From: Alphaproteobacteria bacterium
GTDB taxonomy: Bacteria > Pseudomonadota > Alphaproteobacteria > SP197
Direction: 5' to 3'
NCBI GenBank assembly: GCA_965228895.1
Contig: OZ245842.1
Coordinates: forward strand, 5,088,001 to 5,152,000
Length of the DNA: 64,000 nt
The stretch's first letter is position 1, and each line of letters starts with the position of its first letter. The notes below the pieces were generated by a model that was not told the DNA's origin, ran no database searches, and was given only the letters and a program-made list of their open reading frames with translations. Made by a program: the position numbers and the translations under genes. Of this stretch, positions 1-9,153 are shown piece after piece.

Positions 1-80
1 AGAAGTCGGGAGGTTGTCGGCGGTGCCTGAATCACCGTCGAAGACTACTGCTTCATCGCGCTACGAAAAGCGCTATCTCA

Positions 81-722
81 CTACTCCGACGTCGTGCTCG
101 GCCGGATGAGTTCCAGGTGGTCGATCTCGAAGAGATCGGTCGACAGCGGCACGCCGAACTCCGCGGAGACCAGCGTGACGCGCGTGATGTAACCCTGGGC
201 GTCGCGCACGTACCATTGGGTCAGTTCAAGCGGCGTTTCGGCCTCGTCGTCCTGGGGGTCGTGGAACACCAGCGTCAGAACGCCGGAGCCCGGCTCGTCG
301 GACGGCTCGACGGTCATGTAGACGGAAGGGCCATCGCGGCGAACGCCGCGCACCTTGATGGCGTTCTCCAAGTCGATATCGGACTGCAGCAGGATCGACG
401 CCGGCGAGGACGCGACCGGACCCTCGTAGAACTGGCCGATCTCGGCATCCCAGAACTGATACTTCTGACCGCGCGCGACCATGATGGTCGGTGGGTCGTC
501 ATAGGCGATGCGGGCCAGGTTGGGCCTTTTCAGCTGAAACTCACCCTTCGAGGTCGTGCCGTCATAGTTCAACTGCACGAAGCGCGCATCGAGCGTCGTG
601 ATGCTGTTGAGGTAGTCCTGAACCCGCTGCAGCAGTTCGGCCTCGGTCTCGGCCTGGGCCGCCCCTGAGGCAACGGTCATTATCAGCAGCAGGGCGCCAA
701 GCGCCGTTCGGATACGGTTCAT
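81..722 (-). CDS. lolA: Outer membrane lipoprotein carrier protein LolA (copy 1)
   Basis: Signal peptide, then YLNSITTLDARFVQ...GEFQLKRPNLARIAYD and QWYVRDAQG motifs typical of alphaproteobacterial LolA; lies downstream of ftsK as usual. Confidence 0.85.
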   Translation of the reverse strand: MNRIRTALGALLLIMTVASGAAQAETEAELLQRVQDYLNSITTLDARFVQLNYDGTTSKGEFQLKRPNLARIAYDDPPTIMVARGQKYQFWDAEIGQFYEGPVASSPASILLQSDIDLENAIKVRGVRRDGPSVYMTVEPSDEPGSGVLTLVFHDPQDDEAETPLELTQWYVRDAQGYITRVTLVSAEFGVPLSTDLFEIDHLELIRPSTTSE

Positions 723-817
723 GCGTGCTTATGGTGCTGTGGGGTGGGCTGCGTCAAGAGTCCGGTCAGATTGAGGCCGAAGCACGGCAACCTGTCCCAA
801 TCTCAACTCCAGGACGT

Positions 818-1459
818 CTAGCGGGTGCTGGTGCCCGGCCGAATCTTTGCCCGGTGATCGATGGCGAACAGATCGTCCGCCAACGGCACGCCCAACGCGA
901 CGTCCTCCAGACTGACATGGGTCATGTAGCCTTGGGCGTCGCGCACATACCACTGCACCAGTGCCATCCCGTCCCCGGTTTCACCGGCCGGATCGTCGAA
1001 AACCAGCGTCAACACGCCGGCGCCCGGGTCGTCGGAGGACTGGATCGTCAAGAAGACGCGGTCGCCATCGCGGCGCAAGGCGCGAACATTGAAAGAGTCC
1101 TCGAGATCGACATCGGGCCGCAGCAGGACCCACATGGGCGACGCCGTCACCGGTCCTTCGAAAAACTGGCCGGTTTCCGCATCCCAGAACTGGTACTTCT
1201 GGCCGCGCGCGACAACTTCGGTTGCCGGATCGTCATAAGCGATTCGCGCCAGCATGGGGCGCTTCAACTGGAAATCGCCGGCTGACGTGCTGCCGTCGTA
1301 ATTGTCCTGGGTGAAGCGTGCTTCGAGCGTCGTGATGCCGTTCAGGTAGGTCTCGACCCGTTGCAGCAGTTCACCGTCGGACTCCGCGCGCGCCAGGCCG
1401 GCCAGCCCGGCGGTTGCCAGGACGAGCACGACAATCAGGATCGTCGTAAAACGTTTCAT
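818..1459 (-). CDS. lolA: Outer membrane lipoprotein carrier protein LolA (copy 2, tandem paralog)
   Basis: Colinear with copy 1 (FQLKRPMLARIAYDDP, QWYVRDAQGY). Start placed at MKRFTT (ATG 1459), which gives a clean signal peptide and 213 aa. Confidence 0.82.
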   Translation of the reverse strand: MKRFTTILIVVLVLATAGLAGLARAESDGELLQRVETYLNGITTLEARFTQDNYDGSTSAGDFQLKRPMLARIAYDDPATEVVARGQKYQFWDAETGQFFEGPVTASPMWVLLRPDVDLEDSFNVRALRRDGDRVFLTIQSSDDPGAGVLTLVFDDPAGETGDGMALVQWYVRDAQGYMTHVSLEDVALGVPLADDLFAIDHRAKIRPGTSTR

Positions 1460-1720
1460 GGGTGCCCATGTCGTGTGGCCGATCATCGCGATCAACCCTG
1501 ACTCGACATTGCGGCCAAAGCGCGGTGAAATCGTATTTTGGGCCATTTGGCCAATCGGCAGAACGGTGAACGTCGACCCAAACGATCATTAGGCCTGATC
1601 TGTGACTCATCACCTGCCAAAACCACAGTCGATCGGCCTTGATTGACGCCCAAGTCCGACCGGGACGGTTGACGACAAAAGTATTAATAAACTTGGCGAC
1701 TGCAACAGGGAGCCTGAAGG

Positions 1721-2263
1721 ATGAGATCGTTTGTGTTCCTGGTTCTACTCTTTGCAACCTACCAACTGTTGAGCGTCAACGCACATGGCGATCCTTACAT
1801 AGGGTGCAATTCGAGCTCCGAGGTTTCCGGCGAATCGATTGGAACCGCCGGGACTCGTGGAACGTGGAAATGGGTCTCGTATGAAAACGGCGAGTGGACG
1901 AGCGGCGGGTACATAAATGTATGCGGTTATGACTTCCAGATATCTACGAATTCCGGCACGACATACTTTGGAGAATGGCGCGGAAACGAGTTCAATGGTC
2001 ACTGGTACAAGGCACCTCATCTGAGCTGCCGTAGGGGCAATCACAATTTTGCTTGTGAGAATGAAAAAAGCGTTCCGGTAGCGGACGGCGCGTTCGTAAA
2101 CACGAAGTGCTGGGGAAGCTTCTCTTTCGAAATCTTGAGCGGTACGGAAAAGACTGAAGCCGAAGGCTCATGGGACTATTGCGGAGGAACTGGCGGCACA
2201 TCGAACGAAGATCTTGACGCTGGTCCGCGGCCCAACCACGCAACGTTGTATGAACGGTGGTGA
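1721..2263 (+). CDS. Secreted hypothetical protein, Cys/Trp/Gly-rich, predicted beta-rich
   Basis: 180-aa ORF with signal peptide (…VNAHG), 6 Cys, 8 Trp, purine-rich RBS-like sequence upstream; visibly more AT-rich than flanks. Confidence 0.6.
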   Translation: MRSFVFLVLLFATYQLLSVNAHGDPYIGCNSSSEVSGESIGTAGTRGTWKWVSYENGEWTSGGYINVCGYDFQISTNSGTTYFGEWRGNEFNGHWYKAPHLSCRRGNHNFACENEKSVPVADGAFVNTKCWGSFSFEILSGTEKTEAEGSWDYCGGTGGTSNEDLDAGPRPNHATLYERW

Positions 2264-2497
2264 TCCAGAATCCTCGACGATGACGATCTCTTCATGACGT
2301 ACTAGAGACAATCTAAGAACGGTCCGTTGGCGTCAAAAACGATCCGTTCTCCGATGTTCGTTCTGCTCCCGAAACCGGGCATGCCTGAGGATTACACGGA
2401 CTCCCTAGCCGGTTCATTCCCCTACCCGACGATCGCAGGAACGCTGCCGTGCCTGAAACTGGCGGGAAGTATGTTTGTATCGTAGCTCCTCGACCAG

Positions 2498-4933
2498 TCA
2501 GAGCTCCGGCGGCGGGGCGGCCAGGACCTCGCGTTTGCCGACGTGGTTGGCGGCACTGACGACGCCGTCGGCCTCCATACGTTCGATGATGGTGGCGGCG
2601 CGGTTATAGCCGATCTTGAGATGCCGTTGGATGAAGCTGGTCGAGGCCTTCTGCTCCTTGGTGACCAGGAAGACGGCCTGATCGTAGAGCGCCTTGTCCT
2701 TGTCGTTGCCGGCATCGCCGCCGAACCCGCCGCCGCCCATGTCGGACGGCATCTCGAAGGCTTCCTCGGTGACATCGTCCAGATAGTCCGGTTTGCCCTG
2801 GCGGCGCAGGAAGTCAGCGACCTGCTGCACCTCGTCGTCGCCGACAAAGGGACCGTGGATACGCGTCACACGACCGCCGCCGCGCATGAACAGCATGTCG
2901 CCCTTGCCCAGCAACTGCTCGGCGCCCTGCTCACCCAGGATGGTGCGGCTGTCGATCTTGCTGGTGACGTGGAAGCTGACCCGGCACGGGAAGTTGGCCT
3001 TGATGGTGCCGGTGATGACGTCGACCGACGGGCGCTGGGTCGCCATGATCAGGTGAATGCCGGCGGCGCGCGCCATCTGCGCCAGGCGCTGGATCGCGCC
3101 TTCGATATCGCGCCCGGCGACCAACATCAGGTCGGCCATCTCGTCGACCACGACGACGATATAGGGCAGCGGCTTGTCGGCGATGACCTCTTCCTCGAAC
3201 ACCGGCTCGCCTGAATCGGTGTTGAAGCCGGTCTGCACCGTGCGGGTCAGTTCCAGGCCCTTGGCCTGGGCCTCGGCGACGCGCTTGTTGAAACCGTCGA
3301 TGTTGCGGACGCCGATCTTCTGCATGGCGCGGTAACGGTTTTCCATCTCGCGCACGGTCCACTTGAGCGCGACAACCGCCTTGCCCGGCTCGGTCACGAC
3401 CGGCGCCAGAAGGTGCGGGATGTCGTCATAGACCGACAGCTCCAGCATCTTCGGATCGATCAGGATCAGGCGGCATTCGTCCGGCGTCATCTTATAGAGC
3501 AGCGACAGGATCATCGCGTTGATCGCCACCGACTTGCCTGAGCCCGTGGTGCCGGCGACCAGCAGATGCGGCATGTGGGCGAGGTCTTCGACCACCGGCG
3601 CGCCGGAGATATCCTTGCCCAGCGCGATCGGCAGTTTGGAGCCGGCCTTCTTATAGATCTGGGCTTCCAGCAGTTCGCGCAGCGCCACGGTCTCGCGGTC
3701 GGCGTTGGGCAGTTCGATGCCCAGCACCGTGCGCCCCGGCACGACGGAGACGCGCGCCGAAATGGCGCTCATGTTGCGTGCGATATCGTCGGCCAAGCCG
3801 ATCACGCGACTGGCGCGGATGCCGGCTTCCGGTTCCAGCTCATAAAGTGTCACGACGGGACCCGGGCGGACCTCGTCGATCTCGCCGCGAATGCCAAAGT
3901 CCTGCAGCACGCCTTCCAGCAGACGGGCGTTCTGCTCCAACCCTTCGTCATCGACGGCGTTGCGCGACTTGGGATCGACATCGGTCAACAGCTCGAGCGG
4001 CGGCACGGTGACGACACCATTGCCGTCAAGCGCCAGACTGGTCTGCGTCGGCTTCCGGCGCTTCGGTTTCTTGGCGGTGTCCTTGCGCGGGCGCACGCGG
4101 CGTTTGCGCGGCGGTGCTTCGACCGCGACTTCCTCTTCGATCTCCTCCTCGTCGTCGTAAACGTTGGCTTCCGGTTCGTCCTCGAACTCTTCCTCGTCCT
4201 CCAGGTAGGACTCGTCGTCCTCTTCCTCGTCTTCTTCCCGGTTTCGCTCGGGCAGCCGGTCGTAAAGGCCGCGCAGGAAAACGACGGTGATGACCGAGCC
4301 GCGCCACAGACCGTGTGCTGCGGTGGTCGACAGCAGCCAGATGCCGCTGACCGCCCGGCGCACATCGTCGCGCGGCAGACCGGCGGCAACAACAAACAAG
4401 CCGATGCCGAGCAGACCGAAACCGAGGGCAAGCCAGGTCAGGCCAAGAAACGAGACGGCACCGATCGTGACCAGAACACCGTAGAGTGTCGCGCCGAGAA
4501 TGCCGCCGGGACCGACGCTGAACGGCCAGTCGGCGGGCCAGCCGGTCATCTGAAAAGCGAGCGCCAGGATCGCCGTCGCCAGTGGCAGGGCGAACAATCC
4601 AAGCCACGGGCGCGCCAGATGCTGATGGGCCATCAAGCGCCATGCCCAGGCGGCGAGCACCAGGACCGGCACGACGACGGCAAAGCCGATCCACGAAAAC
4701 AGAATGTCCGCGCCATAGGCGCCGGGCCGTCCCATCAGATTGGCGACGCCGCCTGAGGTCGCATGGTTGAACGACGGATCGTTGGCGTCATAGCTCAACA
4801 ACGCCAGGGCGAGCGCGAGCGCCAGGATGCCGATGATCAAACCGGCGCCCTGAACGGCGCGCCGCTTGAGATAAGCGGCGACCTGTTCGGGCATCAAACG
4901 AAAGCGAGGTGCGGCGGCGCTGCGGCTTGCCAT
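2498..4933 (-). CDS. ftsK: DNA translocase FtsK
   Basis: N-terminal TM domain, Walker A GTTGSGKS, VVVDEMADLM, RAAGIHLIMATQRP, C-terminal gamma domain (STSFIQRHLKIGYNRAA). Confidence 0.97.
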   Translation of the reverse strand: MASRSAAAPRFRLMPEQVAAYLKRRAVQGAGLIIGILALALALALLSYDANDPSFNHATSGGVANLMGRPGAYGADILFSWIGFAVVVPVLVLAAWAWRLMAHQHLARPWLGLFALPLATAILALAFQMTGWPADWPFSVGPGGILGATLYGVLVTIGAVSFLGLTWLALGFGLLGIGLFVVAAGLPRDDVRRAVSGIWLLSTTAAHGLWRGSVITVVFLRGLYDRLPERNREEDEEEDDESYLEDEEEFEDEPEANVYDDEEEIEEEVAVEAPPRKRRVRPRKDTAKKPKRRKPTQTSLALDGNGVVTVPPLELLTDVDPKSRNAVDDEGLEQNARLLEGVLQDFGIRGEIDEVRPGPVVTLYELEPEAGIRASRVIGLADDIARNMSAISARVSVVPGRTVLGIELPNADRETVALRELLEAQIYKKAGSKLPIALGKDISGAPVVEDLAHMPHLLVAGTTGSGKSVAINAMILSLLYKMTPDECRLILIDPKMLELSVYDDIPHLLAPVVTEPGKAVVALKWTVREMENRYRAMQKIGVRNIDGFNKRVAEAQAKGLELTRTVQTGFNTDSGEPVFEEEVIADKPLPYIVVVVDEMADLMLVAGRDIEGAIQRLAQMARAAGIHLIMATQRPSVDVITGTIKANFPCRVSFHVTSKIDSRTILGEQGAEQLLGKGDMLFMRGGGRVTRIHGPFVGDDEVQQVADFLRRQGKPDYLDDVTEEAFEMPSDMGGGGFGGDAGNDKDKALYDQAVFLVTKEQKASTSFIQRHLKIGYNRAATIIERMEADGVVSAANHVGKREVLAAPPPEL

Positions 4934-4974
4934 GGGTGACCTCCTCTAGAGCACTGCTTTGTAAGCTGGCATCT

Positions 4975-5043
4975 CCGGCCCACTCCCCCGCCCGACCACC
5001 CATGGCAGCATCCTCAGGGTGGTCGGGCGGGGGAGTGGGCCGG
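4975..5043. repeat. Palindromic repeat family B, copy 1 (perfect 27-bp stem, 15-nt loop)
   Basis: ccggcccactcccccgcccgaccaccc-atggcagcatcctca-gggtggtcgggcgggggagtgggccgg; related copy at 58458. Confidence 0.85.
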
Positions 5044-5073
5044 CACCGGCTTTCTGCATGCAGGCATGCATGC

Positions 5074-6261
5074 CTAAAGAACCTCTGCGAGGCGGGTCAG
5101 CGCCTCGTGCGTGGTCTCGATATCGTTGACCAAGGCGACCCTGATATAGGACTGGGCCGGGTTCGGTTCGCCGGGTGTGGTTGCCGCCAGATAGGCGCCG
5201 GGCAATACCTTGACGGCGGCCTTCGACCAGAGCGTGCGCGCGGCTTCCTCACCGTCGCCGACATCAAGCCACAGAAAGAAGCCGCCGGGTGGGCGGAAAA
5301 ACCCAAAGCGGTTGCCCAGGATCCTCTCGGCGATGTCGATCTTCTCGCGGTAGAGCGCGCGGTTGGCCTCGACATGGTCTTCCTCGCGCCACAGCAGCTC
5401 GGCGGTGTCATAGGCGGCGAACGAACTGGAGGCCGCCGCGTACTTTCTCAAGCGGACAAACGCCTTGATGAAGTCGGGATCGCCGGCGACGAAACCGGAG
5501 CGAAGCCCGGGCACGCTGGACCGCTTGGAGAGGGAATGGAAGGCGATGACGTTCGTGAGATCATTGTCTTCGGCACAGATCTCCAGCGCGCTCGGCGGCG
5601 GCGTCTGGTCGTAGATCTCGGCGTAACACTCGTCGCTCGCCAGAATGAAGTCGTGGCGGCGTGCCAGATCGACGGCCCGGCGCAGATAGTCGCGGTCGGC
5701 GATCGCCCCTTGCGGGTTCGCGGGCGAGCACAGATAGAAAAGTGCCGTGCGGTCGAGCAGATCCGAGGACAGGCTGTTGAGATCGGGCAGGAAACCGCTG
5801 TCGGGCCCGCACTCCAGATAGATCGGCTCGGCGCCCGCGCTCAACGCGCCGCCCTTGTAGGGCTGGTAGAACGGGTTGGGCATCAAGACGGCGGGTTTCT
5901 TGCCGGCCTTTGCCGTCGGCACGGCGGCCAGCGCGATCATGAACAGCGCCTCGCGGGTGCCGGCGACCGGCATCACGTGGCGGCCGGGATCGATGAACCC
6001 ATCGGGCAGCGAAAAGCGCCGGGTGAGCCAGGCGGTGATGGCCTCGCGCAGGCCCGGTGTGCCCTCGATCGGGGGATAGCGCCCGTAATCGTCGAACCGG
6101 CTGGCGAGCGCATCCCGTGCGATCTCCGGCACGCCATGTTTTGGTTCGCCCATCCACATCGGGATCGCCGTCTCGCCGTCCGGCAGCGGCAGATCGGCGA
6201 TCAACGCGTCGAGCCGCGGGAACGGGTAGTCGGTCAGCTCGTCCAGGCGATCACTGATCAT
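5074..6261 (-). CDS. dapC: PLP-dependent class I/II aminotransferase (succinyldiaminopimelate transaminase DapC-like)
   Basis: YPFPRL, GTREALF, PNPFYQ, LCSPANPQG, SDECYAEIY, SLSKRSSVPGLRSG (PLP lysine). Confidence 0.8.
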   Translation of the reverse strand: MISDRLDELTDYPFPRLDALIADLPLPDGETAIPMWMGEPKHGVPEIARDALASRFDDYGRYPPIEGTPGLREAITAWLTRRFSLPDGFIDPGRHVMPVAGTREALFMIALAAVPTAKAGKKPAVLMPNPFYQPYKGGALSAGAEPIYLECGPDSGFLPDLNSLSSDLLDRTALFYLCSPANPQGAIADRDYLRRAVDLARRHDFILASDECYAEIYDQTPPPSALEICAEDNDLTNVIAFHSLSKRSSVPGLRSGFVAGDPDFIKAFVRLRKYAAASSSFAAYDTAELLWREEDHVEANRALYREKIDIAERILGNRFGFFRPPGGFFLWLDVGDGEEAARTLWSKAAVKVLPGAYLAATTPGEPNPAQSYIRVALVNDIETTHEALTRLAEVL

Positions 6262-6486
6262 CAAGGTTTCCGCTGTGTTGAACGGCCGGGAACACTAACA
6301 CGTCGCGGACTTCTGATGCAAAAGACCGTTTGGAGTCCGTTGCTTACGGGCGAATCTTCGACTCAGTGTTGACAAATGGGCACAGATGGGCGCAATAGGG
6401 TATAGATTGTGGTTCGACGCCATCAAACCGCCATATCTTGTATTAAACTGCGGCCTGCAGGGCGCTATCGGGGGTACGGGGAAGCG

Positions 6487-6891
6487 ATGAAGGGTTTCCG
6501 AAGAGTCGTAAGTTTTCTGGCGGCGCCGCTCGCTGTCGTCTTTTTTGTCACTTCATCCGGTCTGACCGGCGCCTATGCGGGCCTGGTTACGACCGAAGAA
6601 GCCACCCAGCAGCATGATACGTCGCTCGACCGCGACGCGCTTCTAAGCCTCATAGAGCGCGAGGATGTCCGCCAGGAGCTGATCGCCAACGGCGTTGATC
6701 CGGCCGAAGCCGCGGCTCGCATTGCCGCACTGAGCGACGACGAGCTCAGCCAGATCATGGACAAGATCGACGAACTCCCGGCCGGCGAGAGCGCGCTCGG
6801 CGTTATCGTTGGTGCTGCGTTGATCGTCTTTCTGGTGCTGCTGCTGACCGACATCCTGGGGTTCACCGATGTCTTTCCGTTCACCAAGTAG
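6487..6891 (+). CDS. PA2779-family exported/membrane protein
   Basis: Signal peptide, GVDPAEAAARIAALSDDEL helical core, hydrophobic C-terminus ending LLLTDILGFTDVFPF; paired with a PA2778-like peptidase. Confidence 0.8.
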   Translation: MKGFRRVVSFLAAPLAVVFFVTSSGLTGAYAGLVTTEEATQQHDTSLDRDALLSLIEREDVRQELIANGVDPAEAAARIAALSDDELSQIMDKIDELPAGESALGVIVGAALIVFLVLLLTDILGFTDVFPFTK

Positions 6892-6897
6892 GGGCCG

Positions 6898-7887
6898 TTG
6901 CCGCATCGCGGCATAGGGGGTCAGGGCGTGAAGCCGGTCGCTGGGTTGAGTGGCCGGCTTCTTGCTGTGTGGCCGCTTGTCCTGTTTTTGCTGGCCGCCT
7001 GTGCCGGCACGCCACAAAGCGACCGGCTGCTGGCCGGCGGATCGACGGCCGATGCTCTGCCTGTTCGTGCCGAGGTGGCGGACGTGCCGTTCTTCCCGCA
7101 GGAAGAGCGTTATTGCGGGCCGGCGTCGCTCGCCATGGTGCTGGCCTGGGGCGGCATCGCGACCGATCAGGTAACGGTCGGCGAGGAGATCTATACGCCG
7201 GGACGCGAGGGCACGCTGGTCAGCGACGTCTTGGGCGGTGCGCGGCGTCACGGACGGCTTGCCGTGCCGGTCAACAACCTCGACGCCTTGCTGGCCGAGA
7301 TCGCCGCCGGACACCCGGTCATCGTCTTTCAGAACCTCGGCTTGGACTGGTACCAGCAGTGGCACTTCGCGGTGGCCATCGGCTACGACCTGGAGGCCGG
7401 CACGCTGACGCTGCACTCTGGCCTCGACGAGCGGCGGGTGACACCGCTCGGCACGTTCGAGCACACCTGGCGGCGCGGCGACTACTGGGCGCTTGTCGTG
7501 TTGCCGCCCGATGCGTTGCCGGCGTCGGCGAACGAGGAACAGGTCGTCGACGCGGCGCTCGCGATCGAGCGCCTGGGCCTGACCGGTGATGCGGCGCAAG
7601 CGTACGCTGCCCTTGTCGAGCGCTGGCCCGCGAACGGCACGGCCTGGCTCGGTCTCGGCAACACCGCCTATGCGATGGGTGATCTCTCCGGCGCGGCCGA
7701 TGCCTTCGGTCGCGCAACCGTAGCCGATCCCGGTTTCGGCGCGGCCTGGAACAATCTGGCCGTGGTCCTGTCAGAGCAAGGGCATCGCGATGCCGCCATC
7801 GAGGCGGCCGAAACGGCAATCGCCACGGGCAGCGGCGATCTCGACGAATATCGCCGCACGCTCAGCGAGGTCAGTGCGGGAACCTAG
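6898..7887 (+). CDS. PA2778-family C39-like cysteine peptidase lipoprotein with C-terminal TPRs
   Basis: Lipobox LLAAC, VPFFPQEERYCGPASLA (catalytic Cys), WHFAVAIGYD (His), TPR-like AWLGLGNTAY/AWNNLA; start could be GTG 6928. Confidence 0.82.
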   Translation: MPHRGIGGQGVKPVAGLSGRLLAVWPLVLFLLAACAGTPQSDRLLAGGSTADALPVRAEVADVPFFPQEERYCGPASLAMVLAWGGIATDQVTVGEEIYTPGREGTLVSDVLGGARRHGRLAVPVNNLDALLAEIAAGHPVIVFQNLGLDWYQQWHFAVAIGYDLEAGTLTLHSGLDERRVTPLGTFEHTWRRGDYWALVVLPPDALPASANEEQVVDAALAIERLGLTGDAAQAYAALVERWPANGTAWLGLGNTAYAMGDLSGAADAFGRATVADPGFGAAWNNLAVVLSEQGHRDAAIEAAETAIATGSGDLDEYRRTLSEVSAGT

Positions 7888-7920
7888 GCGAGGTGAATCC
7901 ACGTTCAAATCTGGCGCGAG

Positions 7921-8056
7921 CCCCCTCACCCTGCTCCGGCTAAGGCTCTGACGAGCCCAACCCTTCGCTGCCCTCTCCCTCGCCGGGGAGAGGGATAAAG
8001 AGACGACGATCCGTTTCTCCCTCTCCCCGGCGAGGGAGAGGGTTGGGGCGAGGGGG
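7921..8056. repeat. REP-like inverted doublet (CCCTCTCCC-N6-GGGAGAGGG family)
   Basis: 7971-7994 and 8019-8042 are exact reverse complements and each is a hairpin; outer ccccctcaccc / ggggcgaggggg arms; lies between convergent genes. Confidence 0.8.
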
Positions 8057-8123
8057 TTAGCGCGGCAGCGCAAAAAATTGGCAGCGGCGCGCGTGTTCGT
8101 TCAGGCGCGGCGGTGATTGCCGG

Positions 8124-9035
8124 TTAGTCACCCGGTTTCAGGTTCTCTGTGTCCAGCGCTTGGCGCAATGCGTCGTAATCGGCCAGCCCCAGCGCCTCGC
8201 CGATGCGTTCCCGCCATGCGTCGTCGAACGCCGCCGCCAGTTCGGCGCTCAACATCGCGCGATGACCGCCGACCTCGCCGGTGCGCACCTTGTTCGACTC
8301 GCCGTCCGGCGGCAGGCCGGCGATGGCGTCACGCGCCTCGCGCAGCAGGTGATCGTCAAACTGCCCGGCGTGGGTTTGCATGAAGGCAAGGCTGGAATGC
8401 TCGATGGCGATGTCGATGGCGGGCGACGCCGGGTCGATACCCATGAAGGCCGCGACATCGCGCACGGCGCCGGCGGGATCGTCCTTCATGTCCTCATAGG
8501 TCAGGAACAGCGTGTCGTCGTCTTGCCGCTTGGGCCACCACGACGCGAAGTGGGACCATATGCCGCGATCGACCTCGCTGCCGAGGATCTCGCGGCGCAC
8601 GAAGTCGTCGATCGAAATGGCGCCGGCTTCAAAGAACCAGCCTTCGGAGAAGCGGAAGAGCGAGACCGCAATGTCCTTGGGTTCGCGGGTGATATAGATG
8701 TAGCGGCAGCCCTTCGGCACGTCGTCCCAGTTGAGATGGCTCTTATAGGCGCGCGGCGGCGCGGCCTGCTCGGCCTCGATGTCGAGACCAGTATCGTGCG
8801 CGATCTCGATCCACGGCACGACAGCGGTGATTTCCGAAAAACCCATATCGCCGCCGGTGCGCAGCTGATGCACGATCTGCTGCATCCACGTGGTACCGGC
8901 TTTGGCATAGGTCGAAATGATGATGTCGTCGGGCCGCGGTTTGAAGGCGAGACCGCGCTCGTGGCTCTCCCGCGAAAAGTAAAGCGCGGCAACCGCGTCC
9001 ATCTCCTCGAACGTCGTGGGTCGTCGTACCGCCAT
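8124..9035 (-). CDS. PAPS-dependent sulfotransferase domain protein
   Basis: 5'-PSB motif TYAKAGTTW, 3'-PB motif REPKDIAVSL, LTYEDMKDD, KVRTGEVG; start MAVRR after a GGAGAGG RBS. Confidence 0.88.
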   Translation of the reverse strand: MAVRRPTTFEEMDAVAALYFSRESHERGLAFKPRPDDIIISTYAKAGTTWMQQIVHQLRTGGDMGFSEITAVVPWIEIAHDTGLDIEAEQAAPPRAYKSHLNWDDVPKGCRYIYITREPKDIAVSLFRFSEGWFFEAGAISIDDFVRREILGSEVDRGIWSHFASWWPKRQDDDTLFLTYEDMKDDPAGAVRDVAAFMGIDPASPAIDIAIEHSSLAFMQTHAGQFDDHLLREARDAIAGLPPDGESNKVRTGEVGGHRAMLSAELAAAFDDAWRERIGEALGLADYDALRQALDTENLKPGD

Positions 9036-9153
9036 ACCCTCTCCCGGTTCCCTGATGCGGCGCAAGAAGACACCGGCCGGCGGCGTGATGGCAAGCGGCA
9101 ATGGTCTTGGTTGGGTGGCGTCCCGCCGGCCAGCGACGGGACGCCACGCTGGC

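Noticed and set aside
2261-2305. Selenocysteine or pyrrolysine read-through of the secreted protein's TGA/TAG
   Set aside because: No SECIS-like hairpin is evident after the TGA and no supporting context; simple termination or decay is more likely.
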